From Candidatus Saccharimonadota bacterium (lineage in GTDB: Archaea; Nanobdellota; Nanobdellia; Pacearchaeales; GW2011-AR1), in contig JBEKXS010000001.1 of NCBI GenBank assembly GCA_049511795.1, positions 120,001-152,000 of the forward strand: a stretch of 32,000 nucleotides of DNA, given 5' to 3'. Position numbers and translations under genes: made by a program. Numbering within the stretch: the first letter of the stretch is position 1; the number at the start of each line of letters is the position of its first letter. Below the pieces are notes generated by a model that did not search any database, was not told where the DNA came from, and was given only the letters and a program-made list of their open reading frames with translations. Shown here in pieces: positions 1 to 8,394 of this stretch.

Positions 1-77
1 TTCTGGAAAGGTACAAAATAGAACAATCCTCCAAGAACTAGAAAAATTACTCCAAATATAATCAGGCTTGCTTTCAT
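1..77 (-). CDS. N-terminus of a small membrane protein; the gene continues past the left edge of the window
   Basis: Reverse-strand ATG at 75-77 translates to MKASLIIFGVIFLVLGGLFYFVPFQ, which is hydrophobic. An AGGAG Shine-Dalgarno-like motif lies about 8 nt upstream. The gene sits directly downstream of the 133..330 gene on the same strand. Only 25 codons are visible. Confidence 0.35.
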   Translation of the reverse strand, partial: MKASLIIFGVIFLVLGGLFYFVPFQ

Positions 78-132
78 TTTGTTCTCCTTTCTTGTTTTTT
101 CATTTTATTTAAAATTATGAAGTGTGATATTT

Positions 133-330
133 CTAAGCTGCTTTTATTGTATGAGCTATTACCGAAATTATGAACAGTATTACAAAAATTATTGCTAGCC
201 ACTTTGCTATTGTTAATGAAACTCCTGAAATAAGCCCGAATCCAAATATTGCAGAGACTATTGCTATAATTAAGAATATAACTGCCCAAGCCAACCAACC
301 AACTGTTCCTTGTTTGTTCATTTTATTCAT
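133..330 (-). CDS. DUF1328/UPF0391 (YtjA-like) small two-TM membrane protein
   Basis: 65 aa. GWLAWAVIFLIIAIVSAIFGFGLISG...AKWLAIIFVILFIISVI resembles the UPF0391 pattern of two TM helices with a GFGG-like turn. The overlapping 74..298 ORF in another frame is rejected. Confidence 0.65.
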   Translation of the reverse strand: MNKMNKQGTVGWLAWAVIFLIIAIVSAIFGFGLISGVSLTIAKWLAIIFVILFIISVIAHTIKAA

Positions 331-441
331 TTTTTATACTTTATGTTAAATCTGTTATGATATATATAGTCGCGCTGTATGAACCCATACTCTTAATCTG
401 AATGTTAAGTTCTAAAAAATAATTATAATTAAAAAAATTAA

Positions 442-816
442 TTAAAACTTTTCATCACCGCAAAAATATAATCTTTCATTTATTATTTTATTATCTTTCC
501 AGTGCTGAACATTTACCCTGTGAATTATTTTCTCTTTTTTATTTTTATCTTCAATGTTTATAGCCCATTCTGTCATTGAAATATTATCATCAACTCCCCC
601 AAAAGTAACAGATTTTATTTCAGCGCTGTTTAATTTTTCTATTTCCTTAAGAAATATGGTTTCTCTCTTTCTGTTATTTTCTTTTCCGTTTATGGGAAGA
701 TTTCCATTTACCTGTGTAATTACTTCATCTCCGTAATATTTTTCAAATGCTTCCAAAAGCTTGCCGTCCCTAATTAAAGCATTCAATTTTTCTACGTTAT
801 TTTTTAGTTTTATCAT
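442..816 (-). CDS. SnoaL-like / NTF2-fold protein
   Basis: 124 aa. The N-terminal helix ...LLEAFEKYYGDEV... and the C-terminal ...VQHWKDNKIINERLYF motif are typical of SnoaL-like polyketide-cyclase-fold proteins. Recognised from memory only. Confidence 0.5.
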   Translation of the reverse strand: MIKLKNNVEKLNALIRDGKLLEAFEKYYGDEVITQVNGNLPINGKENNRKRETIFLKEIEKLNSAEIKSVTFGGVDDNISMTEWAINIEDKNKKEKIIHRVNVQHWKDNKIINERLYFCGDEKF

Positions 817-837
817 TTTCTTGGATAAAAATATTTT

Positions 838-1113
838 TTAGGTGAAAATAAAAAGGGCTTCAACTGCCAAAACAATCAGCAGTCCTAAAACTACGACTAA
901 GACCATATTCGTATTTCTGTCTTTCACTTCTCTTCTATTGTCGGTTATATCATCATTTCTTAATCTGTTCTCTCCCATAGTTCTATCTGCTTTGGATCTT
1001 CTTTCTGCAGTTAATTCGTCATTTCTAAATCGACTATCTTTCATTGTCTTGTCTGCCGTTTCTCTTTTGTCCGTAGTTACCACATCATTCTTCATTCTTT
1101 GCGTATTTGTCAT
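838..1113 (-). CDS. Small tail-anchored protein with a duplicated charged repeat
   Basis: 91 aa. It holds a tandem repeat of about 20 aa (ADKTMKDSRFRNDELTAERR / ADRTMGENRLRNDDITDNRR) followed by one C-terminal TM helix (MVLVVVLGLLIVLAVEALFIF). I recognise no family. Confidence 0.5.
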   Translation of the reverse strand: MTNTQRMKNDVVTTDKRETADKTMKDSRFRNDELTAERRSKADRTMGENRLRNDDITDNRREVKDRNTNMVLVVVLGLLIVLAVEALFIFT

Positions 1114-1219
1114 TTTTTTCTTTCCTCCATTGCATTATATCATAATCAAAAGAGTATATATGCTGGCGCTGTAGCAAGACATAATTGTTGTATGAGAAAA
1201 TACTTTATCGTGTAAAAAT

Positions 1220-1996
1220 TTATACTACTTTTTTAGAATAATCCCAAAGAATGCCATAAAAATCAAGATATTCTTTTGCAATAACATCATTTTCTATTAC
1301 AATTGTATAAATAGGATCAATCCAAAGAGTGATATAAACAGAGCCATTGCAGACTACATGGGTTATTTGGGAAGTTTTAGCCTGCTGAGTTTTAGGTAAA
1401 AGCCTTGCTTCTGTAAATTTTAAGTTGCTGAGCGTTTTAACTTCTTCATGAGGAAGCTTATAAAAAAGAAGTTTAAGCTCAATATGATTTTTTATTCTTT
1501 CAAGATGGAAAGAATTCATTAATCTATCATTAAGAACATTGATTATGCTCTCATTTTCTGCAAGACCATAAATCCAGATATCTGATTTTTTTTCCAAGAG
1601 ACCGAATAAAATGCTTTTTACGGCATTTAATCCTTCTAAAGTATAAACTTTGGGCGTATGACCAGACACAAAAGTTGTTTTTATGAATTCCATTGCTGTT
1701 TTTAGATTTTCCAATTTATCTTTTTCTTCATTAATAATCAAGTCTGTTGCTAAAGCGGCAAATACCTGCTTTCCTTCTTTGTTGGACAAATAAACCAGAT
1801 TTCTTTCCTTAAGCTTTGTTAAGGTGTCATATACATTAGCCCTATGCATGCCTGTTCTTTTTGAAATCTGTGTTGCAGTAGATTCCTTGTTTTTTAGCAA
1901 ATCAAGGTAAACAGTAGTCTGCATTTTAGGGATGCCTACTGATTCAAAAGCTTTCAAGATATGTTCGTCTACCATTTTATTTTTAAGTGTTTTCAC
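1220..1996 (-). CDS. TrmB-family transcriptional regulator
   Basis: The N-terminal winged-helix region TTVYLDLLKNKESTATQISKRTGMHRANVYDTLTKLKERNLV is typical of TrmB. The ORF-track start at 1996 is GTG. The ATG at 1975 has a TATA-like AATATATA 29 nt upstream and may be the real start. Confidence 0.78.
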   Translation of the reverse strand: MKTLKNKMVDEHILKAFESVGIPKMQTTVYLDLLKNKESTATQISKRTGMHRANVYDTLTKLKERNLVYLSNKEGKQVFAALATDLIINEEKDKLENLKTAMEFIKTTFVSGHTPKVYTLEGLNAVKSILFGLLEKKSDIWIYGLAENESIINVLNDRLMNSFHLERIKNHIELKLLFYKLPHEEVKTLSNLKFTEARLLPKTQQAKTSQITHVVCNGSVYITLWIDPIYTIVIENDVIAKEYLDFYGILWDYSKKVV

Positions 1997-2044
1997 TATA
2001 TATTTTTTTTGGTTTGAGTAAATAATAAAATCAATAAAAAATTT

Positions 2045-2380
2045 TTAATTCAGTTTTACAGCAGTGCCGTAGGCAAGAATTTCTGATGAGCCGCGCATTA
2101 TTGAGGAAGCATCAAATCTCATTGCAATTATTCCATCTGCTCCCATCTTGATTGCATTGTTTATCATTCTGTTATATGCCTCATCACGTGACTGGTTTAT
2201 CAATTCTGTAAATGTCTCTATTTCTCCGCCGACAAGACTCTTAAGCCATGCCATGATATCTCTTCCAAGATTTCTGCTTCTTACAGTATTTCCCCTAACA
2301 ACTCCAAGAATTTTTTTAACTTTTCTGCCTGGAATATCATTCATTGTCACAGCAGTGATACCTTTGCTATCTTGTGCCAT
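2045..2380 (-). CDS. YbjQ/UPF0145 family protein (putative heavy-metal-binding domain)
   Basis: 111 aa. GVVRGNTVRSRNLGRDI...GGEI...R.EAYNRM...A..MGADGIIAMRFD....GTAVKL matches the YbjQ_1 family pattern. Confidence 0.8.
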   Translation of the reverse strand: MAQDSKGITAVTMNDIPGRKVKKILGVVRGNTVRSRNLGRDIMAWLKSLVGGEIETFTELINQSRDEAYNRMINNAIKMGADGIIAMRFDASSIMRGSSEILAYGTAVKLN

Positions 2381-2382
2381 TT

Positions 2383-2562
2383 TTATCTCTTTCTGACTTC
2401 TTCAATTTTATTTTCTTTTTTATTGAGTAATATTACAATCCCTATAATAGCGACAATAATCCCAAAGATTAATACAATAAGTTGTGAAAAATAAACAAAA
2501 CAGATGTACAATCCAAAAAATAGAAGAACAAGTCCTGTAATTATCCTTGGAAAGTCTGTCAT
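2383..2562 (-). CDS. Small two-TM membrane protein of 59 aa, absent from the ORF track, first gene of an operon with ybjQ
   Basis: Manual translation gives MTDFPRIITGLVLLFFGLYICFVYFSQLIVLIFGIIVAIIGIVILLNKKENKIEEVRKR*. The stop at 2383-2385 lies 2 nt before the ybjQ start codon (2378-2380). TTTAAATT starts 29 nt upstream of its ATG. Confidence 0.55.
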   Translation of the reverse strand: MTDFPRIITGLVLLFFGLYICFVYFSQLIVLIFGIIVAIIGIVILLNKKENKIEEVRKR

Positions 2563-2626
2563 TGAATCGTAAATGTGAATAAGAATTTAAATCTATCCAT
2601 TTTTAGTCATCTCTTTAAACAAAAAC

Positions 2627-2634
2627 TTTATAAA
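2627..2634 (+). promoter_or_regulatory. TATA box (TTTATAAA) upstream of tuf
   Basis: Same octamer as at the other promoters in this window. It starts 39 nt before the ATG at 2666, which implies a leader of about 10 nt. Confidence 0.5.
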
Positions 2635-2665
2635 CCTAATTTTTTATCACATATAATCTAATACA

Positions 2666-3949
2666 ATGGCAAAAGAAAAACCAAACATGAACGTCGTGTT
2701 CGTTGGACACGTCGACGCAGGAAAATCAACTGTAGTTGGAAGACTTCTTTTCGATTCCGGTCTTGTTTCAGAGCAGGAAATGGCAAAGTTGAAACAGGAA
2801 GCTGAAAAGCACGGAAAAATCGGATTTGAATTCGCTTATGTCATGGATAAAATCAAGGAAGAAAGAGAAAGAGGAGTTACTATTGACCTTGCTTACAGAA
2901 AAATTATGACTCCTAAATATCAAATCACAATCATTGACGCACCAGGTCACAGAGATTTTGTCAAGAACATGATTACAGGTGCCTCCCAAGCAGACTGCGC
3001 TTTCCTCGTAATTGCTGCTCCTCAAGGAGTTCAACCTCAGACAACAGAGCACTTGTGGCTTCTTAGAACAATGGGTGTCAAAAACATTGCAGTAGCAATC
3101 AACAAAATGGACGCTGTTGGATACAAAGAAGAAAATTTCAACAAAGTAAAAGAAGAAGTTGGAAAATTGCTTCAGGGTGTTGGAATAAACGCTGCAACAA
3201 CTCCATTCATTGCATGCTCTGGATTAAAGGGAGATAATGTTCACAAGAAATCAACAAATATGTCATGGTACAAAGGACCAACAATTTTCGAGCAATTTGA
3301 TTTGTTCCCTCAACCACAGTTGCCTACTGAATTACCAATGAGAATGCCTGTGCAGGATGTTTATGAAATTACAGGTATTGGAACAGTTCCTGTAGGAAAA
3401 ATAGAAACAGGAACAATGAAAGTCGGTCAGAAAGTAATTGTTTTGCCTGGAAGAACAGGTGGCGGAATTAGTGGTGAAGTAAAAACAATAGAAATGCATC
3501 ATGAATCTATGTCAGAAGCTCTTGCTGGGGATAATGTGGGGATAAACATAAGGGGAGTTGGAAAGAAAGACATTGCTCGTGGAGATGTTATCTGCGACGC
3601 TGCAAGGCCTTCAAGTGTTGTTGAAGAATTCATTGCAACAATCACTGTCATAAATCACCCAACAGTTCTTGCAAAAGGATACACTCCTGTATTCCATGTT
3701 CACACAGCTCAGGTTCCATGCCAATTTGTTGAACTTATAGAACAGATTGACCCAAGAACAGGCGAGGTAATAAAGAAAAATCCTGACTTCTTGAAAAACG
3801 GAGACACAGCAAAAGTCAGAATAAGGCCTCAGGGAAATCTTTGCCTTGAAACTCAGAAGGAAAATTCTTACATGAGCAGATTCGCAGTAAGGGATGCTGG
3901 TTCAACTGTTGCTGCCGGAATGTGCACTGAGATAGTAAAGAAAAAGTAG
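2666..3949 (+). CDS. tuf: Translation elongation factor aEF-1alpha
   Basis: 427 aa with G motifs GHVDAGKST, DAPGH, NKMD and SGLKGDN. Full-length similarity to the EF-1alpha/EF-Tu family; the domain II/III region ...GTVPVGKIETG... is present. Confidence 0.97.
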   Translation: MAKEKPNMNVVFVGHVDAGKSTVVGRLLFDSGLVSEQEMAKLKQEAEKHGKIGFEFAYVMDKIKEERERGVTIDLAYRKIMTPKYQITIIDAPGHRDFVKNMITGASQADCAFLVIAAPQGVQPQTTEHLWLLRTMGVKNIAVAINKMDAVGYKEENFNKVKEEVGKLLQGVGINAATTPFIACSGLKGDNVHKKSTNMSWYKGPTIFEQFDLFPQPQLPTELPMRMPVQDVYEITGIGTVPVGKIETGTMKVGQKVIVLPGRTGGGISGEVKTIEMHHESMSEALAGDNVGINIRGVGKKDIARGDVICDAARPSSVVEEFIATITVINHPTVLAKGYTPVFHVHTAQVPCQFVELIEQIDPRTGEVIKKNPDFLKNGDTAKVRIRPQGNLCLETQKENSYMSRFAVRDAGSTVAAGMCTEIVKKK

Positions 3950-3991
3950 ATTTATTTCTAGTTTTGTGCTAATGATTAATCTTTTAAACAA

Positions 3992-4279
3992 GTGCCTTTT
4001 CTAAAAAAGATGATTCCAGAGACAAAATATCCTGTCTTTAGATTAACATATTGGTCTTTAGATGAAGAAAAAGCTGTAGCTTTTGTTGCGGCGGATTCAA
4101 GGATAAATGCAGAATCTTTGTTAATGCAAAGACTTGAAGATGAAGGAGATACTCTTGGGGATGTGATTTCTGCAAGAGAAATAAAATATACATATCATCA
4201 TCAGCAAAAAGTGCTTAGCTCAGGGCATATTGACAGACGAGATTGTGTTGTAGAAGGCTATGTTGTCCGCCCAAAATAA
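3992..4279 (+). CDS. Hypothetical protein
   Basis: 95-aa ORF with a GTG start. An in-frame ATG at 4010 is an alternative start. No recognisable motif. Confidence 0.4.
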   Translation: MPFLKKMIPETKYPVFRLTYWSLDEEKAVAFVAADSRINAESLLMQRLEDEGDTLGDVISAREIKYTYHHQQKVLSSGHIDRRDCVVEGYVVRPK

Positions 4280-4328
4280 TAAAATTCTGAATAACAATTC
4301 TTAAAAACCCCAAATTGTTATTTTTTAT

Positions 4329-4892
4329 ATGCTAAAACTAGACCCAAAAATGAGCAAGTCGGAAATCGACCAATTTCTTCAGGGAAAAGGAGATTATGTG
4401 CAAATAGATCATTTGAGCAGATTCATAAAAGAGCAGATTCCTATGGACACAAAGAAATTTGTTTTCTTGAAACTTGCAGTTCTCTATGAAAAAGCCAACA
4501 TGAATCAGGATGCAGCAAAAATGTACAACAATGCAGCAGACCTTTCAATTGTATTTGCAGAAAAAATAAAGAATTATCTAAAAGAGGCGGAACTTTACAC
4601 AAAGGCAGGCAGCTTTGACCGTGTAGAAAATGCAATGAAAAAGGCAATGGCACAGGGAAATTCAAAAGATAAGGAAATGATACAGTCTTCTGTTAAAATG
4701 TTCTTCGAGCAGCAGGCTCAGTTGAATGAGACAGACTCAAAAAGAAACCAGGCAACAAGATATTATGAAAAGCTGCTTGAAATGAAGATTTCTGACCAGG
4801 AAAGAAGGATAATAAAGGAAAAGCTCCTTGAATTGTACAAGCAGCTTGGAAGAGTAAGGGAATATTCCAATCTGGAAAAGATGTACAAGTAA
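4329..4892 (+). CDS. Hypothetical all-helical (TPR/SNAP-like) protein
   Basis: 187 aa with helical, K/E/A-rich composition. CTTAAAAA starts 29 nt upstream of the ATG. Confidence 0.55.
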   Translation: MLKLDPKMSKSEIDQFLQGKGDYVQIDHLSRFIKEQIPMDTKKFVFLKLAVLYEKANMNQDAAKMYNNAADLSIVFAEKIKNYLKEAELYTKAGSFDRVENAMKKAMAQGNSKDKEMIQSSVKMFFEQQAQLNETDSKRNQATRYYEKLLEMKISDQERRIIKEKLLELYKQLGRVREYSNLEKMYK

Positions 4893-5120
4893 TTTATTTC
4901 TTTATTTCACAAGTTTTAAAAGGGGAAAAAACATCTAGTTTTTGTAGAAAAGTACAGTAAGTAATTATCATAAGATAATCACATTCACCGAATGACGTTC
5001 GCACTGCGTTCGTCTTCACTTTCATTGTTTAGTTTTGAAAGAACCCCTTGTACACAGGGAAGAACAAAGTGTGCAGTATTTTTCTATGAATTAAATTTTT
5101 ACGGAGGTAAAAATAAGAAA

Positions 5121-6272
5121 ATGGCAAAAATAAGCCCTGTATCGATAAAATACATGATACATGCAAACTTCAGGGTCGAGGGCGCTTTGGAAAAACCTGA
5201 CGTAATCGGAGCCATATTCGGGCAGACAGAAGGTCTTTTGGGAGCTGACTTAGAAATGAGAGAGCTTCAGAAAGAAGGCAAAATCGGAAGGATTGAAGTC
5301 GAGCTTGAAAGAAAGGACAAGATTACAACAGGAAAAATAATGATTCCAACTGCACTTGACCAGTCAGAAACCACACTTATTGCTGCTGCTGTCGAAACCA
5401 TTGAGAAAATAGGACCTTGCGACTCCCAGATAGAAGTCGAAAGAATCGAGGATGTAAGAGGCTCCAAAAGAGACTATATCATTGAAAGAGCAAAGAAACT
5501 TATGGGAGAATTGAAAGGCACAACAGACTCAAGGGAAATCTCAAAGGAAATCAAAGATTCTGCGAGAACAGCAGGAGTAAAAGAATATGGGGATGAAAAA
5601 CTTCCTCACGGAGATATTTCTGGCAACGAAGTCATCGTTGTAGAAGGAAGAGCAGATGTTCTTAACTTAATGAGGGCAGGAGTCAGCAATGTTATCGCTA
5701 TGAACGGAACAAAACTTCCAGAAGCAATAAAGGCACTTTCACAGGAAAAAGAGATAACTCTTTTCATTGATGGTGACCGTGGCGGAAAGCTCATAGCTCA
5801 GAACGTTGTGGAAAATGCAAGAATAAAATATATTGCAGTTGCTCCTGATGGAAAAGAAGTAGAAGAACTCGCAGGCAAAGAGATACTCATGTGCCTGAGA
5901 AAAAAAATACCTGCAGAAGATTTTTCTTCAAGCAGATATAACAGCAGAACTTCAGAATCAAAATCTGGCAGCTCTGCTTCCTCTTCTTTTTTGAATGAAA
6001 AAAACAAATTAATAATCAAAGAAATAGCAAAGAAAAATGAAGGAACTGGAAAAGCAGTCCTGTTAAATGATTCTCTTGAAGACATAAAAGATATTCCTGC
6101 AAAAAGCTTGGTAAGTTTTTTAAGAAAAACAAGAAGCAATCCAAGCGTGATAATTCTTGACGGAACAGCAACAAAATCAACAATAGAAGTCGCGGAAGAG
6201 GCAAGAGCAAGGGTTCTTGCTGCGAAGAATTTCACGACTACAGACACAAATCTCGAATTGATGAGCTTTTAG
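5121..6272 (+). CDS. dnaG: Archaeal DnaG-type primase / exosome-associated Toprim protein
   Basis: Toprim motifs VIVVEGRADVLNLMRAG...NGTK and LFIDGDRGGKLI, with an archaeal DnaG N-terminus MAKISPVSIKYMIHANF.V.G. GGAGGT lies about 10 nt upstream of the ATG at 5121. The 43 codons upstream in the ORF track (4992-5120) look non-coding. Confidence 0.9.
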   Translation: MAKISPVSIKYMIHANFRVEGALEKPDVIGAIFGQTEGLLGADLEMRELQKEGKIGRIEVELERKDKITTGKIMIPTALDQSETTLIAAAVETIEKIGPCDSQIEVERIEDVRGSKRDYIIERAKKLMGELKGTTDSREISKEIKDSARTAGVKEYGDEKLPHGDISGNEVIVVEGRADVLNLMRAGVSNVIAMNGTKLPEAIKALSQEKEITLFIDGDRGGKLIAQNVVENARIKYIAVAPDGKEVEELAGKEILMCLRKKIPAEDFSSSRYNSRTSESKSGSSASSSFLNEKNKLIIKEIAKKNEGTGKAVLLNDSLEDIKDIPAKSLVSFLRKTRSNPSVIILDGTATKSTIEVAEEARARVLAAKNFTTTDTNLELMSF

Positions 6273-6300
6273 GCATTCTAAAGAGATAAATATCATAAGT

Positions 6301-6308
6301 TTTATAAG
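6301..6308 (+). promoter_or_regulatory. TATA box (TTTATAAG) for the 6330 gene
   Basis: The octamer starts exactly 29 nt upstream of the ATG at 6330, which implies a leaderless mRNA. Confidence 0.55.
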
Positions 6309-6329
6309 TAATTTAATTAACGATTTTTT

Positions 6330-6929
6330 ATGGATAATACAAAGTTAGATTTACATGAAGATTTAATACCAGAATTCCAGCGTGAGCTACCTTTGGGTAT
6401 AGAACAAGTAGTCGCTATTAATCCATTTATAGGAATTGACACACCTTATTCTGATTTTTGGTTGAATGTAATTTATGAAAATGAGGTATATGGTGGAAAT
6501 CTCTCTAAGTTTGGTAAAGAAGTTGCTAAACATGTTACAGGAAAGACTTTTTTGGACCTTGGTTGTGGAATCCCATATCAAGTTTCAGCTGCAGCTGAAA
6601 AACTCGGAGCTAAAAAATATATTGGTATAGATAAGAATGTTCCGCTAAAACCATTTAAAATAACAGAAAGAGCTATGCCTGCTTATGCTGTTAAAGGAGA
6701 TATATTATCTTTCTTAGCAAGGAGAAGTGCTAGTGATGGAACTGTTTTCTTCTCTTATGGAATTGATGCACATTCTAATAAAGATTTTGAAAGATATTTA
6801 TCTGCAGTTTATGATGAAATGAAACGCCTTGGTAAAAAAGGGGATATTGCATTTTCAGAGAGTAATGTAATTAATCCAGAAAAAGCAGGATTTAAGAGAA
6901 ATGAAAAGGGATTTTACGTTTTTTCTTAA
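6330..6929 (+). CDS. Putative class I SAM-dependent methyltransferase-like protein
   Basis: 199 aa. FLDLGCGIPY...KKYIGIDKN resembles Rossmann MTase motif I and the following acidic residue. The rest is unrecognised. Confidence 0.45.
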   Translation: MDNTKLDLHEDLIPEFQRELPLGIEQVVAINPFIGIDTPYSDFWLNVIYENEVYGGNLSKFGKEVAKHVTGKTFLDLGCGIPYQVSAAAEKLGAKKYIGIDKNVPLKPFKITERAMPAYAVKGDILSFLARRSASDGTVFFSYGIDAHSNKDFERYLSAVYDEMKRLGKKGDIAFSESNVINPEKAGFKRNEKGFYVFS

Positions 6930-7089
6930 ATAAATTTTACCCTTGATAAAAGCTCGTTCACTTTATGTTACTCACATACAGTACTAGTGTAACTGGATAA
7001 TTACGACAACACCATAAACTTTATAAACGAAAACCAAGTCAGGTAAGTTAACGGAAACTTAGTTTCCAGGATATAAAAATAAATTAAAA

Positions 7090-8310
7090 ATGATACAAAA
7101 TATGGAAAAGAAATTAATGGTTTCTTTCCTACTAGCGGTGAGCGTTTTATTCTTTCTTGCTAGTGTTAGTGCTACTTCATCAATTGCAACAATAACAAAC
7201 GTTGAAGTCAACGGTGTCAGTGCAAGTTCAAATCCAGCAATAAATGTTGGAGATACTGTAACTGTCAGAGTTGATTTTAGTGGTCTTGCAAATGTGCAGG
7301 GCATTACACTTCAGGCAACATTGGAAGGAAATAGCCAAAATACTCAGGCTGAAACAAATGTATTTGATGTTGAATCAGGTTCTTTGTACACAAAGAGTCT
7401 TAACATCAATGTTCCATTTGACTTGAAGAATTCACTTAGTGATAGCGTGAATCTTCACATAAGGATAAGCGGAAACGGCTTCAGTACAGAAGCTGATTAT
7501 CCTTTGAAAGTGCAGAGAAGTTCTTTTGTTGCAGATATACAATCTGTAATTACTCCTCAGCAAGTTAAAGCAGGACAACTTTTCCCAGTTGACTTTGTTA
7601 TTCAGAATGAAGGCTACAACGATCTTACTAGCCTCTATGTAACTGCAAGCATACCAGCATTGGGCGTCACACAGACAACTTTTGTTGGAGACCTTGTTGC
7701 ATTGACATGTAATACCCATGATACCACTGTCTCAGACTATGGTGTTAATATTACAAGAAAATGCAATGAAAACGGACAGGAAACAGTAAGCGGAAGAGTT
7801 TTCCTTCAGTTACCATACAGCGTCCAGACAGGAACATATGCGCTTCAGTTGAATGCTTTCAACGGGGACACAAGTTCAAGTCAGACAGCACAGGTCAGTA
7901 TAACAAATGATTTTTCCACAGGAAATTTCATTGTTTCAGGCAATCAGATGCTTATCGTTAACCCTACAAATAGTGTGGTTGTTTACAGGCTTGTTCCTGA
8001 ATCAACAAATTCTGCTACAGTCAGCGTAAGCGACAATGTTGTTGCTGTTCCAGCTGGCGCAAGCAAGACAGTTACTACACAAGTTTCTGGACTTGCAGCA
8101 GGACAGACTTACAACGTCGATGTTTTTTCATCTGACGGAAGTCTTGTTCAGAGAGTTGGCTTCACTGCACCATCAGTAGGCGCATCCAGTCCAGTAATTG
8201 TATTAACAATAATCCTTGCAATAATCTTTATTGTATTGCTTGTTGTTCTTATAGTCTTGATTGGAAAGAAACCTGAAAAATCCGAGGAATTCGGAGAAAG
8301 TTACTACTAA
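7090..8310 (+). CDS. Secreted, C-terminally anchored cell-surface (S-layer-like) protein
   Basis: 406 aa. The signal peptide is (MIQN)MEKKLMVSFLLAVSVLFFLASVSA. Its body is T/S/V/N-rich with beta-sandwich-like repeats and several N-x-S/T sequons. A C-terminal TM helix (VIVLTIILAIIFIVLLVVLIVLI) precedes a short charged tail. The start may be the ATG at 7102. Confidence 0.7.
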   Translation: MIQNMEKKLMVSFLLAVSVLFFLASVSATSSIATITNVEVNGVSASSNPAINVGDTVTVRVDFSGLANVQGITLQATLEGNSQNTQAETNVFDVESGSLYTKSLNINVPFDLKNSLSDSVNLHIRISGNGFSTEADYPLKVQRSSFVADIQSVITPQQVKAGQLFPVDFVIQNEGYNDLTSLYVTASIPALGVTQTTFVGDLVALTCNTHDTTVSDYGVNITRKCNENGQETVSGRVFLQLPYSVQTGTYALQLNAFNGDTSSSQTAQVSITNDFSTGNFIVSGNQMLIVNPTNSVVVYRLVPESTNSATVSVSDNVVAVPAGASKTVTTQVSGLAAGQTYNVDVFSSDGSLVQRVGFTAPSVGASSPVIVLTIILAIIFIVLLVVLIVLIGKKPEKSEEFGESYY

Positions 8311-8315
8311 ATTTA

Positions 8316-8336
8316 TTTTTTCTTTTTATTTTTTTA
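8316..8336 (+). terminator. Oligo-T tracts downstream of the surface-protein gene
   Basis: The sequence is ...atttattttttctttttatttttttattta. Several T5-T7 runs of this kind typically act as archaeal intrinsic terminators. Confidence 0.45.
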
Positions 8337-8394
8337 TTTAGTCTTTCTCCCTCCTCATTTTATTCTAAATAATTAAGAATTAGCTTTAGCTGTA

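Noticed and set aside
74-298. Minus-strand 74-aa ORF overlapping the DUF1328 gene
   Set aside because: It is an alternative frame of a recognisable UPF0391 membrane protein, with low-complexity N/S-rich translation and no independent support.
4992-5120. N-terminal 43-codon extension of dnaG in the ORF track
   Set aside because: The composition is not protein-like. A strong GGAGGT SD precedes the internal ATG at 5121, and the DnaG homology begins there.
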